A stretch of DNA of 45,571 nt from Patescibacteria group bacterium (GCA_049294415.1 JBAQCS010000037.1:1-45571), one strand, 5' to 3'. Shown: positions 17,657-26,418, numbered from the stretch's first letter. Numbers and translations: made by a program. The notes: generated from the sequence alone by a model not told the origin.

Positions 17657-18967
17657 ATGCAAGTTACTAAAAAAGATTTAGAAAAGTCACAAATTGAATT
17701 AACAGTAGAATTTAGTGCTGAGGAATTTCAACCTTACATTGAAAAAGGTGCTGCTAAAATTTCTGAAAAGGTAAAAATTGAAGGTTTTCGCCCAGGTAAG
17801 GCTCCACTTGATGTTTTAAAGGCTAAAGTTGGTGAAATGTCTATCATGGAAGAAGCTGCTAATATTGTTATTAGAAAGACCATTGATGACATTGTTGAGC
17901 AAAACACTATGGACAGACCAGCGGTTGGTCAACCTAAAGTAGAAATTACTAAGCTTGCTCCTGGCAATCCAGTAGAATTTAAGATTGTGTTAGCTATTAT
18001 GCCGACTGTGGCTCTAGGTAAATATAAAGAATTAAAAATTACCCCAGTTGAAGCTAAGGTGGAAGAGGCTGATATCGAAAAGACTTTAAAAGAATTGCAA
18101 GAAATGCGTGTAAAAGAGGTTATTTCTGAAGAAGGTGTTAAAGATGGGGATAAAGTGTTAGTAGATGTGGAAATGTTTATGGAAAAAGTACCACTCGAAG
18201 GTGGTCAAACTAAAGACTTAGCTGTGATTGTTGGTAAGAATTATTTTGTAGCTGGTTTTGATAAGAATCTACTAGGTGCTAAAAAAGGTGAAGACCGTGA
18301 TTTTTCACTACCTTTTCCAACTGATCACCACCAACAAAATTTAGCCGGTAAAATGGTGGATTTTAAAGTTAAAATTTCCGAAGTATATACTAGAGAATTA
18401 CCAGAAGTTAATGATGAATTTGCGACTGGTTTCCGTTTTGAAAGTTTAGCTGATTTAAGAAAGGCGATGACTGATAATATTTTAGCTGATCGCACCAATC
18501 AAGCTAATCAAAAGACTGAAATTGAAATGTTAGAAAAGATTGTAGATGATACTAAATTTGGTGAAATCCCAGAAATGATGGTAGAAAGCGAAACTCATAG
18601 CATGTTACACGAAATTGAAGATAACTTAACTCACCAAGGTTCTAAAATGATTGATTATTTACAACACTTAGGTAAGACTAAAGATCAATTCGTGTTAGAT
18701 TTAGTGCCAAGTGCTTTAAAGCGTGTTAAAACTGCACTAATAATGAAAGAAATTGGTGTGATTGAAAAATTAGACGTTAGCTCTAAAGAAATTAGCGATA
18801 AGATTGCTGATCTGAAAGAAGAACATAAAGGTGATAAGTCACTTGATGAATTAGAAAAGAACCCAGCTTATCTTCGTTACTTAGGCAATGTCTTACAGAA
18901 TGAAAAAGTGCTTAACAAACTAAAAGAATGGAACTATGCCGATTCTGGCAAAAAACAAAAGAGCTAG
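17657..18967 (+). CDS. tig: trigger factor
   Basis: 436 aa. N-terminal ribosome-binding domain with GFRPGKAP, a central PPIase-like region and a C-terminal arm domain. Confidence 0.93.
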   Translation: MQVTKKDLEKSQIELTVEFSAEEFQPYIEKGAAKISEKVKIEGFRPGKAPLDVLKAKVGEMSIMEEAANIVIRKTIDDIVEQNTMDRPAVGQPKVEITKLAPGNPVEFKIVLAIMPTVALGKYKELKITPVEAKVEEADIEKTLKELQEMRVKEVISEEGVKDGDKVLVDVEMFMEKVPLEGGQTKDLAVIVGKNYFVAGFDKNLLGAKKGEDRDFSLPFPTDHHQQNLAGKMVDFKVKISEVYTRELPEVNDEFATGFRFESLADLRKAMTDNILADRTNQANQKTEIEMLEKIVDDTKFGEIPEMMVESETHSMLHEIEDNLTHQGSKMIDYLQHLGKTKDQFVLDLVPSALKRVKTALIMKEIGVIEKLDVSSKEISDKIADLKEEHKGDKSLDELEKNPAYLRYLGNVLQNEKVLNKLKEWNYADSGKKQKS

Positions 18968-19388
18968 TTTTGATTATAAGATACTTCAAACTTTTGAGGC
19001 TGGTTTAATGTTGCTCGGTCACGAGGTTAAATCCATTAAAGCCGGTCACATTAGTTTGAAGGGTTCTTATGTATCTTTTAGAGGAGACGGACTGTATTTA
19101 ATTGGTGCCCATGTGTCTAAATATAAACAAGCGGGCACTATGGATGACTATAATGCCACCAGAGAACGTAAGATATTACTGAAGAAAAAGGAGATAAAGT
19201 ACCTATTAGGGAAGAAGCAAGAGGGTGGCTTGACACTGGTGCCTGTTAAAATATATACTAAGTCTAGCCTGATTAAAATCGAGCTAGCGCTGGCAGAAGG
19301 TAAGAAGAAATATGACAAGCGCGAAGATCTAAAAAAGAAGGATATTGATCGCGATTTGCGAACTTTGACAAAGAGATCTTTAAGGTAG
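18936..19388 (+). CDS. smpB: SsrA-binding protein SmpB
   Basis: NKRASFDYKILQTFEAGLMLLGHEVKS, basic C-terminal tail. Overlaps the tig 3' end by 32 nt and is immediately followed by tmRNA. Confidence 0.93.
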   Translation: MPILAKNKRASFDYKILQTFEAGLMLLGHEVKSIKAGHISLKGSYVSFRGDGLYLIGAHVSKYKQAGTMDDYNATRERKILLKKKEIKYLLGKKQEGGLTLVPVKIYTKSSLIKIELALAEGKKKYDKREDLKKKDIDRDLRTLTKRSLR

Positions 19389-19765
19389 GGGGATGTCGGG
19401 CTTCGATAGCGAGACTTTCCTTAAACGTGCAAAACGCGGTGAACTACACGCGTAAAACTGGTTCGAAAAACAAATGCAAACAAATCTGCAGCATTCGCTT
19501 GGTTAGTTCCAAGCTATGCACCTGTTGCCGCTTAAATTGCCGCAACCATCGAACTAGCGACGTCTTATAGCTAGCACTCGGTGTCATTAATAAGACTAGG
19601 GTCCTTGGGTAGCTTTCCTCGAGTCTCCGAAAACAATGAAAGATATAGGTTAATTGCTTTTCTTTTCAGTTTTGATGATTAACCTGAACAAAATAAACTG
19701 GAATATTTTTGTAGAAGCGTTTAAAGGTAACTTGTTACACATGGGTTCAACTCCCATCATCTCCA
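19389..19765 (+). ncRNA. ssrA: transfer-messenger RNA (tmRNA)
   Basis: The 5' GGGGAUG pairs with 3' CAUCUCC (includes the G3:U pair), followed by discriminator A. T-arm GGGUUCAACUCCC. Internal tag ORF GCA AAC AAA ... GCC GCU UAA (19476-19535) encodes ANKSAAFAWLVPSYAPVAA. CCA is not encoded. Confidence 0.9.
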
Positions 19766-19790
19766 CATTTATTTTTTTAAATAAATACCA

Positions 19791-19874
19791 GCCGCGGTGG
19801 CGGAACTGGTAGACGCGCTGGACTTAAAATCCTGTTATGGCGACATAGTGCGGGTTCGATTCCCGCCCGCGGCA
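19791..19874 (+). tRNA. tRNA-Leu (anticodon UAA)
   Basis: Acceptor GCCGCGG/CCGCGGC, anticodon loop CUUAAAA, long variable arm (UAUG-GCGA-CAUA), T-arm GCGGG-UUCGAUU-CCCGC. CCA is not encoded. Confidence 0.9.
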
Positions 19875-19944
19875 CATTAAATTTTAGTGTGAAAGTTGGT
19901 ATTGATTAAGAAATAAATATTTGCTATATAATATATAGCAATTT

Positions 19945-20016
19945 GCGGGTATCGTATAATGGTTATTATGCAACCTTGCCATGGTTGAGAAAGGGGTCCG
20001 ATTCCCCTTACCCGCT
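19945..20016 (+). tRNA. tRNA-Gly (anticodon GCC), with an atypical T-loop
   Basis: Acceptor GCGGGUA/UACCCGC, anticodon arm CAACC-UUGCCAU-GGUUG, T-arm AGGGG-UCCGAUU-CCCCU (C at position 55), weak AU-rich D-stem. Confidence 0.75.
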
Positions 20017-20023
20017 CAGAGAA

Positions 20024-20062
20024 CACAAAAGAAGTTCCATTTTTGGAGCTTCTTTTTGTTTT
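20024..20062 (+). terminator. strong rho-independent terminator after the tRNA cluster
   Basis: ACAAAAGAAGTTCCA-TTTT-TGGAGCTTCTTTTTGT, a long stem with one mismatch and one bulge, followed by TTTTG. Confidence 0.75.
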
Positions 20063-20139
20063 GGGGGAAAATTTACTGTCTTGCTAAGGTGTTTAGTGGG
20101 GTATAAACTTAGAATAATTGATAGATTTGCTTTAAAAAT

Positions 20140-21726
20140 ATGACTAATGAAGAATGTAAAGCTGGCAGAGAAGTTGATGTAAACAAAATTGTAACATCAA
20201 AACATCCAAAAAAAATTGTGGTAGCCGGTCCAGGAACGGGCAAGAGTTTTTTATTTCAGAAACTTATTAAAGAAAAGAAAAAAGAGGGAAAAAGTAATTT
20301 TCTGGCGATTACATTCATTGGTAAATTAGGTGATAATCTTGCAGATGATCTTTGTGGGTTAGCTGATACTTATACGATGCATGGTTTTGCGCGTAAACTT
20401 ATAAACAAATTGTTGGGGTGGTGGTACTACCCAAATATTTATCAAATAATTGAAGAAGATTTAAAGAAAGATGGCGTTACCGATTTTGCTATAGGGGATA
20501 AAAATTATTTATCAAAGTCTAAATTTTATAAGACAGCTGGTCATGCCGATGTAATACATTATGTCGTGGAGGTAATGAAAAATGATAATTCAAAAATTCC
20601 AATATTCGACTTAATTTTAGTAGATGAATTTCAAGATTTTAATAAAGAGGAGGCTGAGTTAATTGATTTGTTAGCTTTAAAAAATGAGGTTGTTGTCGCG
20701 GGAGACGATGACCAAGCTCTGTATAGATTCAAAGGATCTTCACCAGATTTTATCAGGGACAAATATAGTGACTCCAACACCGACTTCGAAAGTCATACGT
20801 TAAGGTTTTGTTCTAGATGTACGGAAATAATAATGAAATATTTTAATGCGATAGTAGAAAAATACAATCTGAATGATCCTGCTAAATCAAGAATAAACAA
20901 AGAGTATATTTGTTATTTACCAGATAAAACTGAAGATTCAGAAAAAAATAAATTTATACACTTAATCCAAAACTGCCCCTCAGGAATGGCAGCCTATAAG
21001 ATTCAGAAGAAGTTAGAGACAATGATAGGTGATCAGAAAGTAAAAGACGTTCTGATTATTGGTGAAGGTAGATCGTGTAAAGCTAATTTATTAATGATAG
21101 CTAATCAGCTTAAAAGATATGGATTTAAAAATGTTGATTATAATGATGATAACGGATTATTGAGTTTTAATTCCGGAACTATTGATGCATATAAATTTTT
21201 AAGTCAGAATGAAGAATCTGAAATTGGATGGAGGCTATTAGGTGATCCTGCTGATAAAGAAGAGAGAAAACAGCATATAAAAAACGCTAAAAATCTTAAA
21301 ATTATAATATCTGGAACTTCGTCACAGATATCTGGAATAGGCGAAAAGGGATTTCAAAATTTAGAAAAAAATATAGGCAGTGATTTAACGCCTGATAATC
21401 AAATAAAAAGAGAGCTTTTGATAAGAGAGTTAAAAGATACTAATAGCTCATTGCCAAGACCTTTATGTAATTTAAATATAACTGTGTGCAATATTTTAAA
21501 TTCAAAAGGGCTTGGCGCTGATGTTGTTTTTTTAATTGGTTTTGATAAAAAAAGATTTCCAAGTACCCCCGCTCCTACTGACGATGAAATATACCAAATG
21601 TTAGTAGCAATTACTAGAGCCAAAAAACGATTATATTTGATAAATTCTTCGGATAAAGATGTTTCTGATTTTATAGGTTGCTTAGATGCATCGGATGTAC
21701 GTGCGGAAAAAATAAAATATAAATAA
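20140..21726 (+). CDS. UvrD/Rep-like superfamily-1 helicase (no fused nuclease domain)
   Basis: Walker A VVAGPGTGKS (K35), ITFIGKLG, motif II LILVDEFQDFN, motif III VAGDDDQALYRFKGS, C-terminal KGLGADVVFLIG and YQMLVAITRAKKRLYL. Confidence 0.85.
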   Translation: MTNEECKAGREVDVNKIVTSKHPKKIVVAGPGTGKSFLFQKLIKEKKKEGKSNFLAITFIGKLGDNLADDLCGLADTYTMHGFARKLINKLLGWWYYPNIYQIIEEDLKKDGVTDFAIGDKNYLSKSKFYKTAGHADVIHYVVEVMKNDNSKIPIFDLILVDEFQDFNKEEAELIDLLALKNEVVVAGDDDQALYRFKGSSPDFIRDKYSDSNTDFESHTLRFCSRCTEIIMKYFNAIVEKYNLNDPAKSRINKEYICYLPDKTEDSEKNKFIHLIQNCPSGMAAYKIQKKLETMIGDQKVKDVLIIGEGRSCKANLLMIANQLKRYGFKNVDYNDDNGLLSFNSGTIDAYKFLSQNEESEIGWRLLGDPADKEERKQHIKNAKNLKIIISGTSSQISGIGEKGFQNLEKNIGSDLTPDNQIKRELLIRELKDTNSSLPRPLCNLNITVCNILNSKGLGADVVFLIGFDKKRFPSTPAPTDDEIYQMLVAITRAKKRLYLINSSDKDVSDFIGCLDASDVRAEKIKYK

Positions 21727-21727
21727 T

Positions 21728-22165
21728 ATGGCAAATACAAAAATATTATCTCAATTAATCGAACCTTATATAAGAGAGTGTCTAAGCCAAAAAATGGGGT
21801 TAGATTTCTATGCTCGGGATACTGAGCTAGTGCTAAATACTGGAGGAAAGCATAAATTTGATATCGTTTCATTAGATAAAAGTATTATTGGGGATATTAA
21901 ATCCCACCAAACTAGAGAGAATGGTAATGTGGGGATAGGAGTAAGAAAATCCGTTTATTTTGATATATATATGTTGTCTTTGGTTGAAGCAAAACAAAAA
22001 ATGTTAATTTTAACAGATAAGGATTTTTATAAATTCTTCAAAAGAATATCATCAGGGAAAGTTCCTTCTGATGTTGAAATTTTATTAATGGAATTACCAG
22101 CTGATATAAAATTGGAAGCAAAAAAAGTTCATGATTTAGCTAGTAGAGAAATAGGAAAAAGATAA
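21728..22165 (+). CDS. small PD-(D/E)xK-like nuclease candidate (145 aa)
   Basis: The ATG is 1 nt after the helicase stop. E17 ... KHKFD45IVSLDKSIIGD56IK58S matches the E...D-x(10)-D-x-K restriction-endonuclease-fold core, arranged like Hjc/NucS. Confidence 0.5.
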   Translation: MANTKILSQLIEPYIRECLSQKMGLDFYARDTELVLNTGGKHKFDIVSLDKSIIGDIKSHQTRENGNVGIGVRKSVYFDIYMLSLVEAKQKMLILTDKDFYKFFKRISSGKVPSDVEILLMELPADIKLEAKKVHDLASREIGKR

Positions 22166-22441
22166 CGTAGTAATGTGAATTTTAGTCAACTAATAATAAA
22201 TTGGTGCATCAAGATATTTAAGTAAGATTATTTTTCTAAAAAATTACTATACCATTGCTAATAGCTATATTCATCGCCGTTGGTTAACTAGGATAATTTA
22301 ATAGTATCTGATAATATATGAAGCCCTTTATTTATTGGTTTTTTTTGTGTTTTAGTGATATTTGCACAAAATTAGGAGCTTTCAAATAATATAAAACTAA
22401 GCTACAATAGAATTATAATATAATGAAAATCCTGAGTAATT

Positions 22442-23278
22442 ATGCAGAAAAATACCCAAAAAAAGAGGGTGGAGCCGTTTTTGAAGTGGGCTGGAGGTAA
22501 ATCCCAATTATTAGAACAATTTAAACCATTGTTTCCTAAAGAAGGAACTTATAAAAGATACATCGAGCCGTTTATTGGTGGAGGTGCTGTCTTTTTTTAT
22601 TTGGAGCCAAAAGAGGCTATTATATCTGATTTAAATAAAGATTTAATTGAAGCTTATAAAGTAGTTAAAAGTCATCCTAAAGAACTTGTAGAATTATTAA
22701 AAAAATACGAAAAAAAACATAACAAAGAATTTTATTTAAAAATTAGAGAGGAATACAATGCCGATAAATTAGACAAAATAAATAAAGCTGCTCATTTAAT
22801 ATATTTAAATAAAGCTTGTTTTAATGGTCTTTACAGGGTTAATAGTAAAGGTGGCTTTAATGTTCCATTTGGTCAGCATAAAAAGTTTTCTGTTAATGAA
22901 GCTGGAATATTGGCAACTAGTAAAATATTAAAAAAAACTAAAATAGAACACACTGATTTTACACAGGTTTTAAAAAATGCCAAGAAAGGAGACTTTATTT
23001 ATTTTGATCCACCATACTATCCATTAAATACTGGCTCAAATTTTACTACTTACACCAAGGAAAGTTTTTTAGAAAAAGAACAGGAAAAATTGATGAAAAC
23101 TTTTGAGAAGCTTGATGCCCGAGGGTGTATACTTATGTTAAGTAATTCGGACACTCCTTTTATTAGAAAGCTGTATAAGAAGTGGTATATTACAAAAGTA
23201 AGTGCTAAACGTTTTATAAATTGTATGGCCGAAAAAAGAGGAGATGTATTTGAAGTTGTAGTAAGAAACTATAAGTAA
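22442..23278 (+). CDS. dam: Dam-type (alpha class, DpnM-like) N6-adenine DNA methyltransferase, probably GATC
   Basis: PFLKWAGGKSQLL, EPFIGGGAVFF (motif I), FIYFDPPYYP (motif IV). Confidence 0.92.
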   Translation: MQKNTQKKRVEPFLKWAGGKSQLLEQFKPLFPKEGTYKRYIEPFIGGGAVFFYLEPKEAIISDLNKDLIEAYKVVKSHPKELVELLKKYEKKHNKEFYLKIREEYNADKLDKINKAAHLIYLNKACFNGLYRVNSKGGFNVPFGQHKKFSVNEAGILATSKILKKTKIEHTDFTQVLKNAKKGDFIYFDPPYYPLNTGSNFTTYTKESFLEKEQEKLMKTFEKLDARGCILMLSNSDTPFIRKLYKKWYITKVSAKRFINCMAEKRGDVFEVVVRNYK

Positions 23279-23281
23279 TAT

Positions 23282-24061
23282 ATGTGTTTATATAAAAAGC
23301 AAAAAAACTTTGCTCTTTATCATGGTGATTGTCTGGAAGAATTAAAAAGATTCCCAGAGAATTATTTTGATATGATATTTGCTGATCCGCCATACTTTTT
23401 GTCGGGTGGTAGTTTTAGTTGTCAAAATGGAAAAATGGTTAGTGTTAAAAAAGGAGAGTGGGATTTAAGTAATGGTTTCCAAAAAGATTTTAATTTTCAT
23501 CTGGAGTGGATTAAAGAATGTCGTCGAGTATTAAAACCTCACGGCACAATTTGGGTTAGTGGAACTTATCACTCTATATATCAGTGTGGTTTTATTTTAC
23601 AAAATACCAAATATCATATTTTAAATGATATTTCTTGGTTTAAACCAAATGCTGCCCCTAATTTGAGTTGCCGCTTTTTTACTGCTAGTCACGAAACTTT
23701 AATTTGGGCGAGAAAAGAAAAAAAAGCCAAACATATTTTTAATTATCAAGATATAAAAGAAGGTGCTTGGTCAGAAGATGAGTTTAAAAAACCGCACATG
23801 CAGATGCGTTCGGTCTGGTCTATGGGTACACCTAAAAAAGAAGAAAAAGTATTTGGTAAACATCCAACTCAGAAACCTTTAGATTTACTAAAGAGAATAA
23901 TTTTAGCTAGTACCAAAGAGGGTGATATAGTGCTTGATCCTTTTACGGGCAGTTCGACTACTGGTGTGGCGGCTAATTTACATAAAAGAAAATTTGTTGG
24001 CATAGATTCCGATAAAAATTATTTAGATCTTTCCCTGCAAAGATTAAAAGTATTAGCGTAA
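23282..24061 (+). CDS. beta-class N6/N4 DNA methyltransferase, DpnA-like second methylase
   Basis: Motif IV (IFADPPYF) precedes motif I (LDPFTGSSTTGVAA). Size and position match DpnA of the DpnII cassette. Confidence 0.88.
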   Translation: MCLYKKQKNFALYHGDCLEELKRFPENYFDMIFADPPYFLSGGSFSCQNGKMVSVKKGEWDLSNGFQKDFNFHLEWIKECRRVLKPHGTIWVSGTYHSIYQCGFILQNTKYHILNDISWFKPNAAPNLSCRFFTASHETLIWARKEKKAKHIFNYQDIKEGAWSEDEFKKPHMQMRSVWSMGTPKKEEKVFGKHPTQKPLDLLKRIILASTKEGDIVLDPFTGSSTTGVAANLHKRKFVGIDSDKNYLDLSLQRLKVLA

Positions 24062-24067
24062 AAAAAT

Positions 24068-24622
24068 ATGTCAGAAGCTTTACCTAAAATGGAATTTAAG
24101 AGAAAAGAAGTGACCGTTTTTCCTTTAGCAGTTTTTCCGGCTAACAGCCATTTTCTTATTGGTATTTATCAAGGGTCTTTAAGTAAACATGATATTTTAA
24201 TAAAGTATAGACAAAAAAATAATGAAAAGTGGTCTAGAATAAGAACCCCAAAACATATACATTGGGCTGTCGATATTATGATAAAAATGCACTCAGATCC
24301 TAAAACAACAAAGTTATTTTTAGATTTTCTGTTAAATATTTGGGAGAATACCGCAGGAATAGAAAACAATAGTGATAGAAGGAAAATTTTAAATATAAAA
24401 AATTTGTTAGAATCTAACAGCAAGGAAATATCCGAATACTATAAATTAAGTAACCAAGGCGAATATAGCATCAATTTTTTAGTTTTATTAGCAAGGCTTT
24501 TAATGGTCCAAGAGAAGACAAATCTTAAAACTGCATATATGTTTAAAAAATTGCTTGAAAAATTAAGAAAAAATGAAGATATTTTTTCTATAGTTTCAAC
24601 TGCTACACATAATGGTAAATAA
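24068..24622 (+). CDS. hypothetical protein inserted in the DpnII-type cassette (184 aa)
   Basis: Clean ORF, 6 nt after the methylase stop and 5 nt before the endonuclease start. No motif recognised. Confidence 0.6.
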   Translation: MSEALPKMEFKRKEVTVFPLAVFPANSHFLIGIYQGSLSKHDILIKYRQKNNEKWSRIRTPKHIHWAVDIMIKMHSDPKTTKLFLDFLLNIWENTAGIENNSDRRKILNIKNLLESNSKEISEYYKLSNQGEYSINFLVLLARLLMVQEKTNLKTAYMFKKLLEKLRKNEDIFSIVSTATHNGK

Positions 24623-24627
24623 AAAAT

Positions 24628-25545
24628 ATGAAATTTATTAAATTCTATCAAGAAGCTCTGGGATGTAAAAATGAAGATGAAGTTTTTACTTATTTTCTAA
24701 ATAATTTAAAACCAAGTAATATGCTTTGGTCTTATTTTGTTAATTGGGAAAAAGTTTTTGAAAATACTAGTAAAATAGAATTAGCCTTAAATAGTTTAAA
24801 TTATTTAATTGGTAAGGATGATTTTGATAAAGCATTTAAATTTTTAGTTAAAGAAAACCCAGAAATTATTAAAGTAATTCCAGCCCTAGTTGTTCGTGAT
24901 GGTAGTAAAAGTACTAAATTTAAAATTTTAGTTGATTATACAAAGAAAAAATTAGTCTACGAAGATTACGACTTTTCTAAAAAAGAAATAACCGATAAAG
25001 ATATAGATAATTATTTATTATTTGTAAAAGAAACAGGCCTAAAGGATTTAATTATTTCTCAAAAGATTAAAAATCTTGTTGATTACATGATTGGAGTAGA
25101 AGCTGGTTTGGATAGTAATGGCCGAAAAAATAGAGGAGGACACTCGATGGAAGATATTGTTGGTTTTTTTATTGCTGATATTTGTAAAACTAAAGATTAT
25201 AAATATCTAAAAGAAGCCACATCTGAAAAAATAAAAGTTGAATGGGGTTTTGATGTGCCGGTTGATAAATCATCTCGTCGTTATGATTACGTTATTAATA
25301 CTGGTAAAGAGCTAGTTATTTTTGAAACTAACTTTTATGGCGGTGGAGGCTCAAAATTAAAATCAACCGCTGGGGAATATAGAGATTTATTTAATGTTTT
25401 AAATAGTAAGTATAAATTTGTTTGGATTACTGATGGTAAGGGGTGGATTGGCACATCTAGGCCGTTAAGAGAAACCTTTAATCATAATGATTATATTTTT
25501 AGCCTAGATATGATTGAAAAAGGTATTCTGGGTGAAATTTTGTAA
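24628..25545 (+). CDS. DpnII/MboI-family type II restriction endonuclease (GATC)
   Basis: LVDYMIGVEAGLDSNGRKNRGGHSMEDIV, RYDYVI, ETNFYGGGGSKLKS, WITDGKGW and LRETF match the conserved blocks of DpnII as I remember them. Confidence 0.9.
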   Translation: MKFIKFYQEALGCKNEDEVFTYFLNNLKPSNMLWSYFVNWEKVFENTSKIELALNSLNYLIGKDDFDKAFKFLVKENPEIIKVIPALVVRDGSKSTKFKILVDYTKKKLVYEDYDFSKKEITDKDIDNYLLFVKETGLKDLIISQKIKNLVDYMIGVEAGLDSNGRKNRGGHSMEDIVGFFIADICKTKDYKYLKEATSEKIKVEWGFDVPVDKSSRRYDYVINTGKELVIFETNFYGGGGSKLKSTAGEYRDLFNVLNSKYKFVWITDGKGWIGTSRPLRETFNHNDYIFSLDMIEKGILGEIL

Positions 25546-25643
25546 TTTTTAATTGATTATTTGCTAAAAATTTAAATATAAAAAAAGACTTGTTATTTTT
25601 GTTAAATAGGAATAAAATCTTATGAAACAATAAATTTGCAATA

Positions 25644-26411
25644 ATGTCTGTAAAAAAAATAAAAATTTTACTTATTTTTCTCATCGGTGCTTTTATTTTA
25701 GTCCCAGATGTTTTTGCGTCTTCTAATAACGATCAGATAATAGAAGAATTGAATAAAAACATTAACTTTGTTATTGAGGAAAACTCAAAACTAAAAAGCG
25801 ACATTAATTTTATAAAAAATAATCAACAGGATTACGAAAATAAGTTAGATTTAATAACTTCTAATCAATTAAATGTATCGACAGCGAATGAGAAATTATT
25901 AGAAGCTATTAACACAAAGAACGAGGGGGTAGATTTTAAAGAAAAATATTGGGACATACTATTAAATCATGTAAAAATATATGGAGCCTTGTTTCTTCTA
26001 ATTGCCATTGGTCTTGGTATTTATAGAGCCGGAGAAGTAAGGAGTGCTAAGGAAGATTTTGATAAATTTATAGATCGTGGAAATGAAGATCTTGCAAGAA
26101 TTATTAAAAAGCAGGAGAGTGATTTTAGTGAAATTAAGGATAAATTTATTGTCGAAATTGATGAAGTTAAAAACCAATATGCTGCGAAACTTGCAGATAA
26201 GATTGATTCTTTGAAGATTGAGGCGTCGCAGATTGCAACGAGAGACATAATTGATGGAATTTCAAAAAAATTATTAGACTATGTTTACAATCAGCCAGGT
26301 TATGATGAAACTAAAATTAAAGAAATAAAGGAAATTATGAATGGACTTGCTTTGTCGGAACCAATTGATGATAATTTTGATTTTAAGGGTAAAGACCCTA
26401 GAAAGGATTAG
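25644..26411 (+). CDS. hypothetical coiled-coil membrane protein (signal anchor plus one central TM)
   Basis: N-terminal ILLIFLIGAFILVPDVFASS and central TM IYGALFLLIAIGLGIY. Both flanking segments are heptad-like and rich in K/E/N/I. Confidence 0.6.
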   Translation: MSVKKIKILLIFLIGAFILVPDVFASSNNDQIIEELNKNINFVIEENSKLKSDINFIKNNQQDYENKLDLITSNQLNVSTANEKLLEAINTKNEGVDFKEKYWDILLNHVKIYGALFLLIAIGLGIYRAGEVRSAKEDFDKFIDRGNEDLARIIKKQESDFSEIKDKFIVEIDEVKNQYAAKLADKIDSLKIEASQIATRDIIDGISKKLLDYVYNQPGYDETKIKEIKEIMNGLALSEPIDDNFDFKGKDPRKD

Positions 26412-26418
26412 ATTTTCT

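Noticed and set aside
19943-20143. 66-aa ORF in the track (MRVSYNGYYATLPW...)
   Set aside because: It is laid over tRNA-Gly and its terminator. The sequence folds as a tRNA and the peptide looks like translated RNA-gene sequence.
20140-21726. Gabija (GajB) assignment for the UvrD-like helicase
   Set aside because: No GajA-like OLD/TOPRIM ATPase gene is adjacent. The only partner is a 145-aa PD-(D/E)xK-like protein, so the gene pair does not fit Gabija.
21399-21872. Antisense or overlapping ORFs in the track: 85..273, 4394..4600, 21399..21872, 24169..24423, 24439..24651, 25499..25684, 26021..26248, 26274..26537, 35371..35694, 36119..36490, 38814..39053, 39094..39336, 40344..40538, 41236..41442, 41439..41639, 42802..43011, 43319..43687, 43572..43766, 44655..44939, 44870..45085, 45159..45344
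   Set aside because: Each lies inside, or opposite to, a longer ORF with clear homology-type motifs or paralog support. Their sequences are low-complexity (runs of I/F/L/N/S/K typical of AT-rich off-frames). The last three lie within rpsA.
22166-22441. 276-nt gap before the RM cassette as a possible controller (C-protein) gene or ncRNA
   Set aside because: It contains only a 23-codon ORF (22319-22390) with no HTH-like sequence. It is very AT-rich with promoter-like hexamers and no convincing secondary structure, so I treat it as the promoter region of the cassette.
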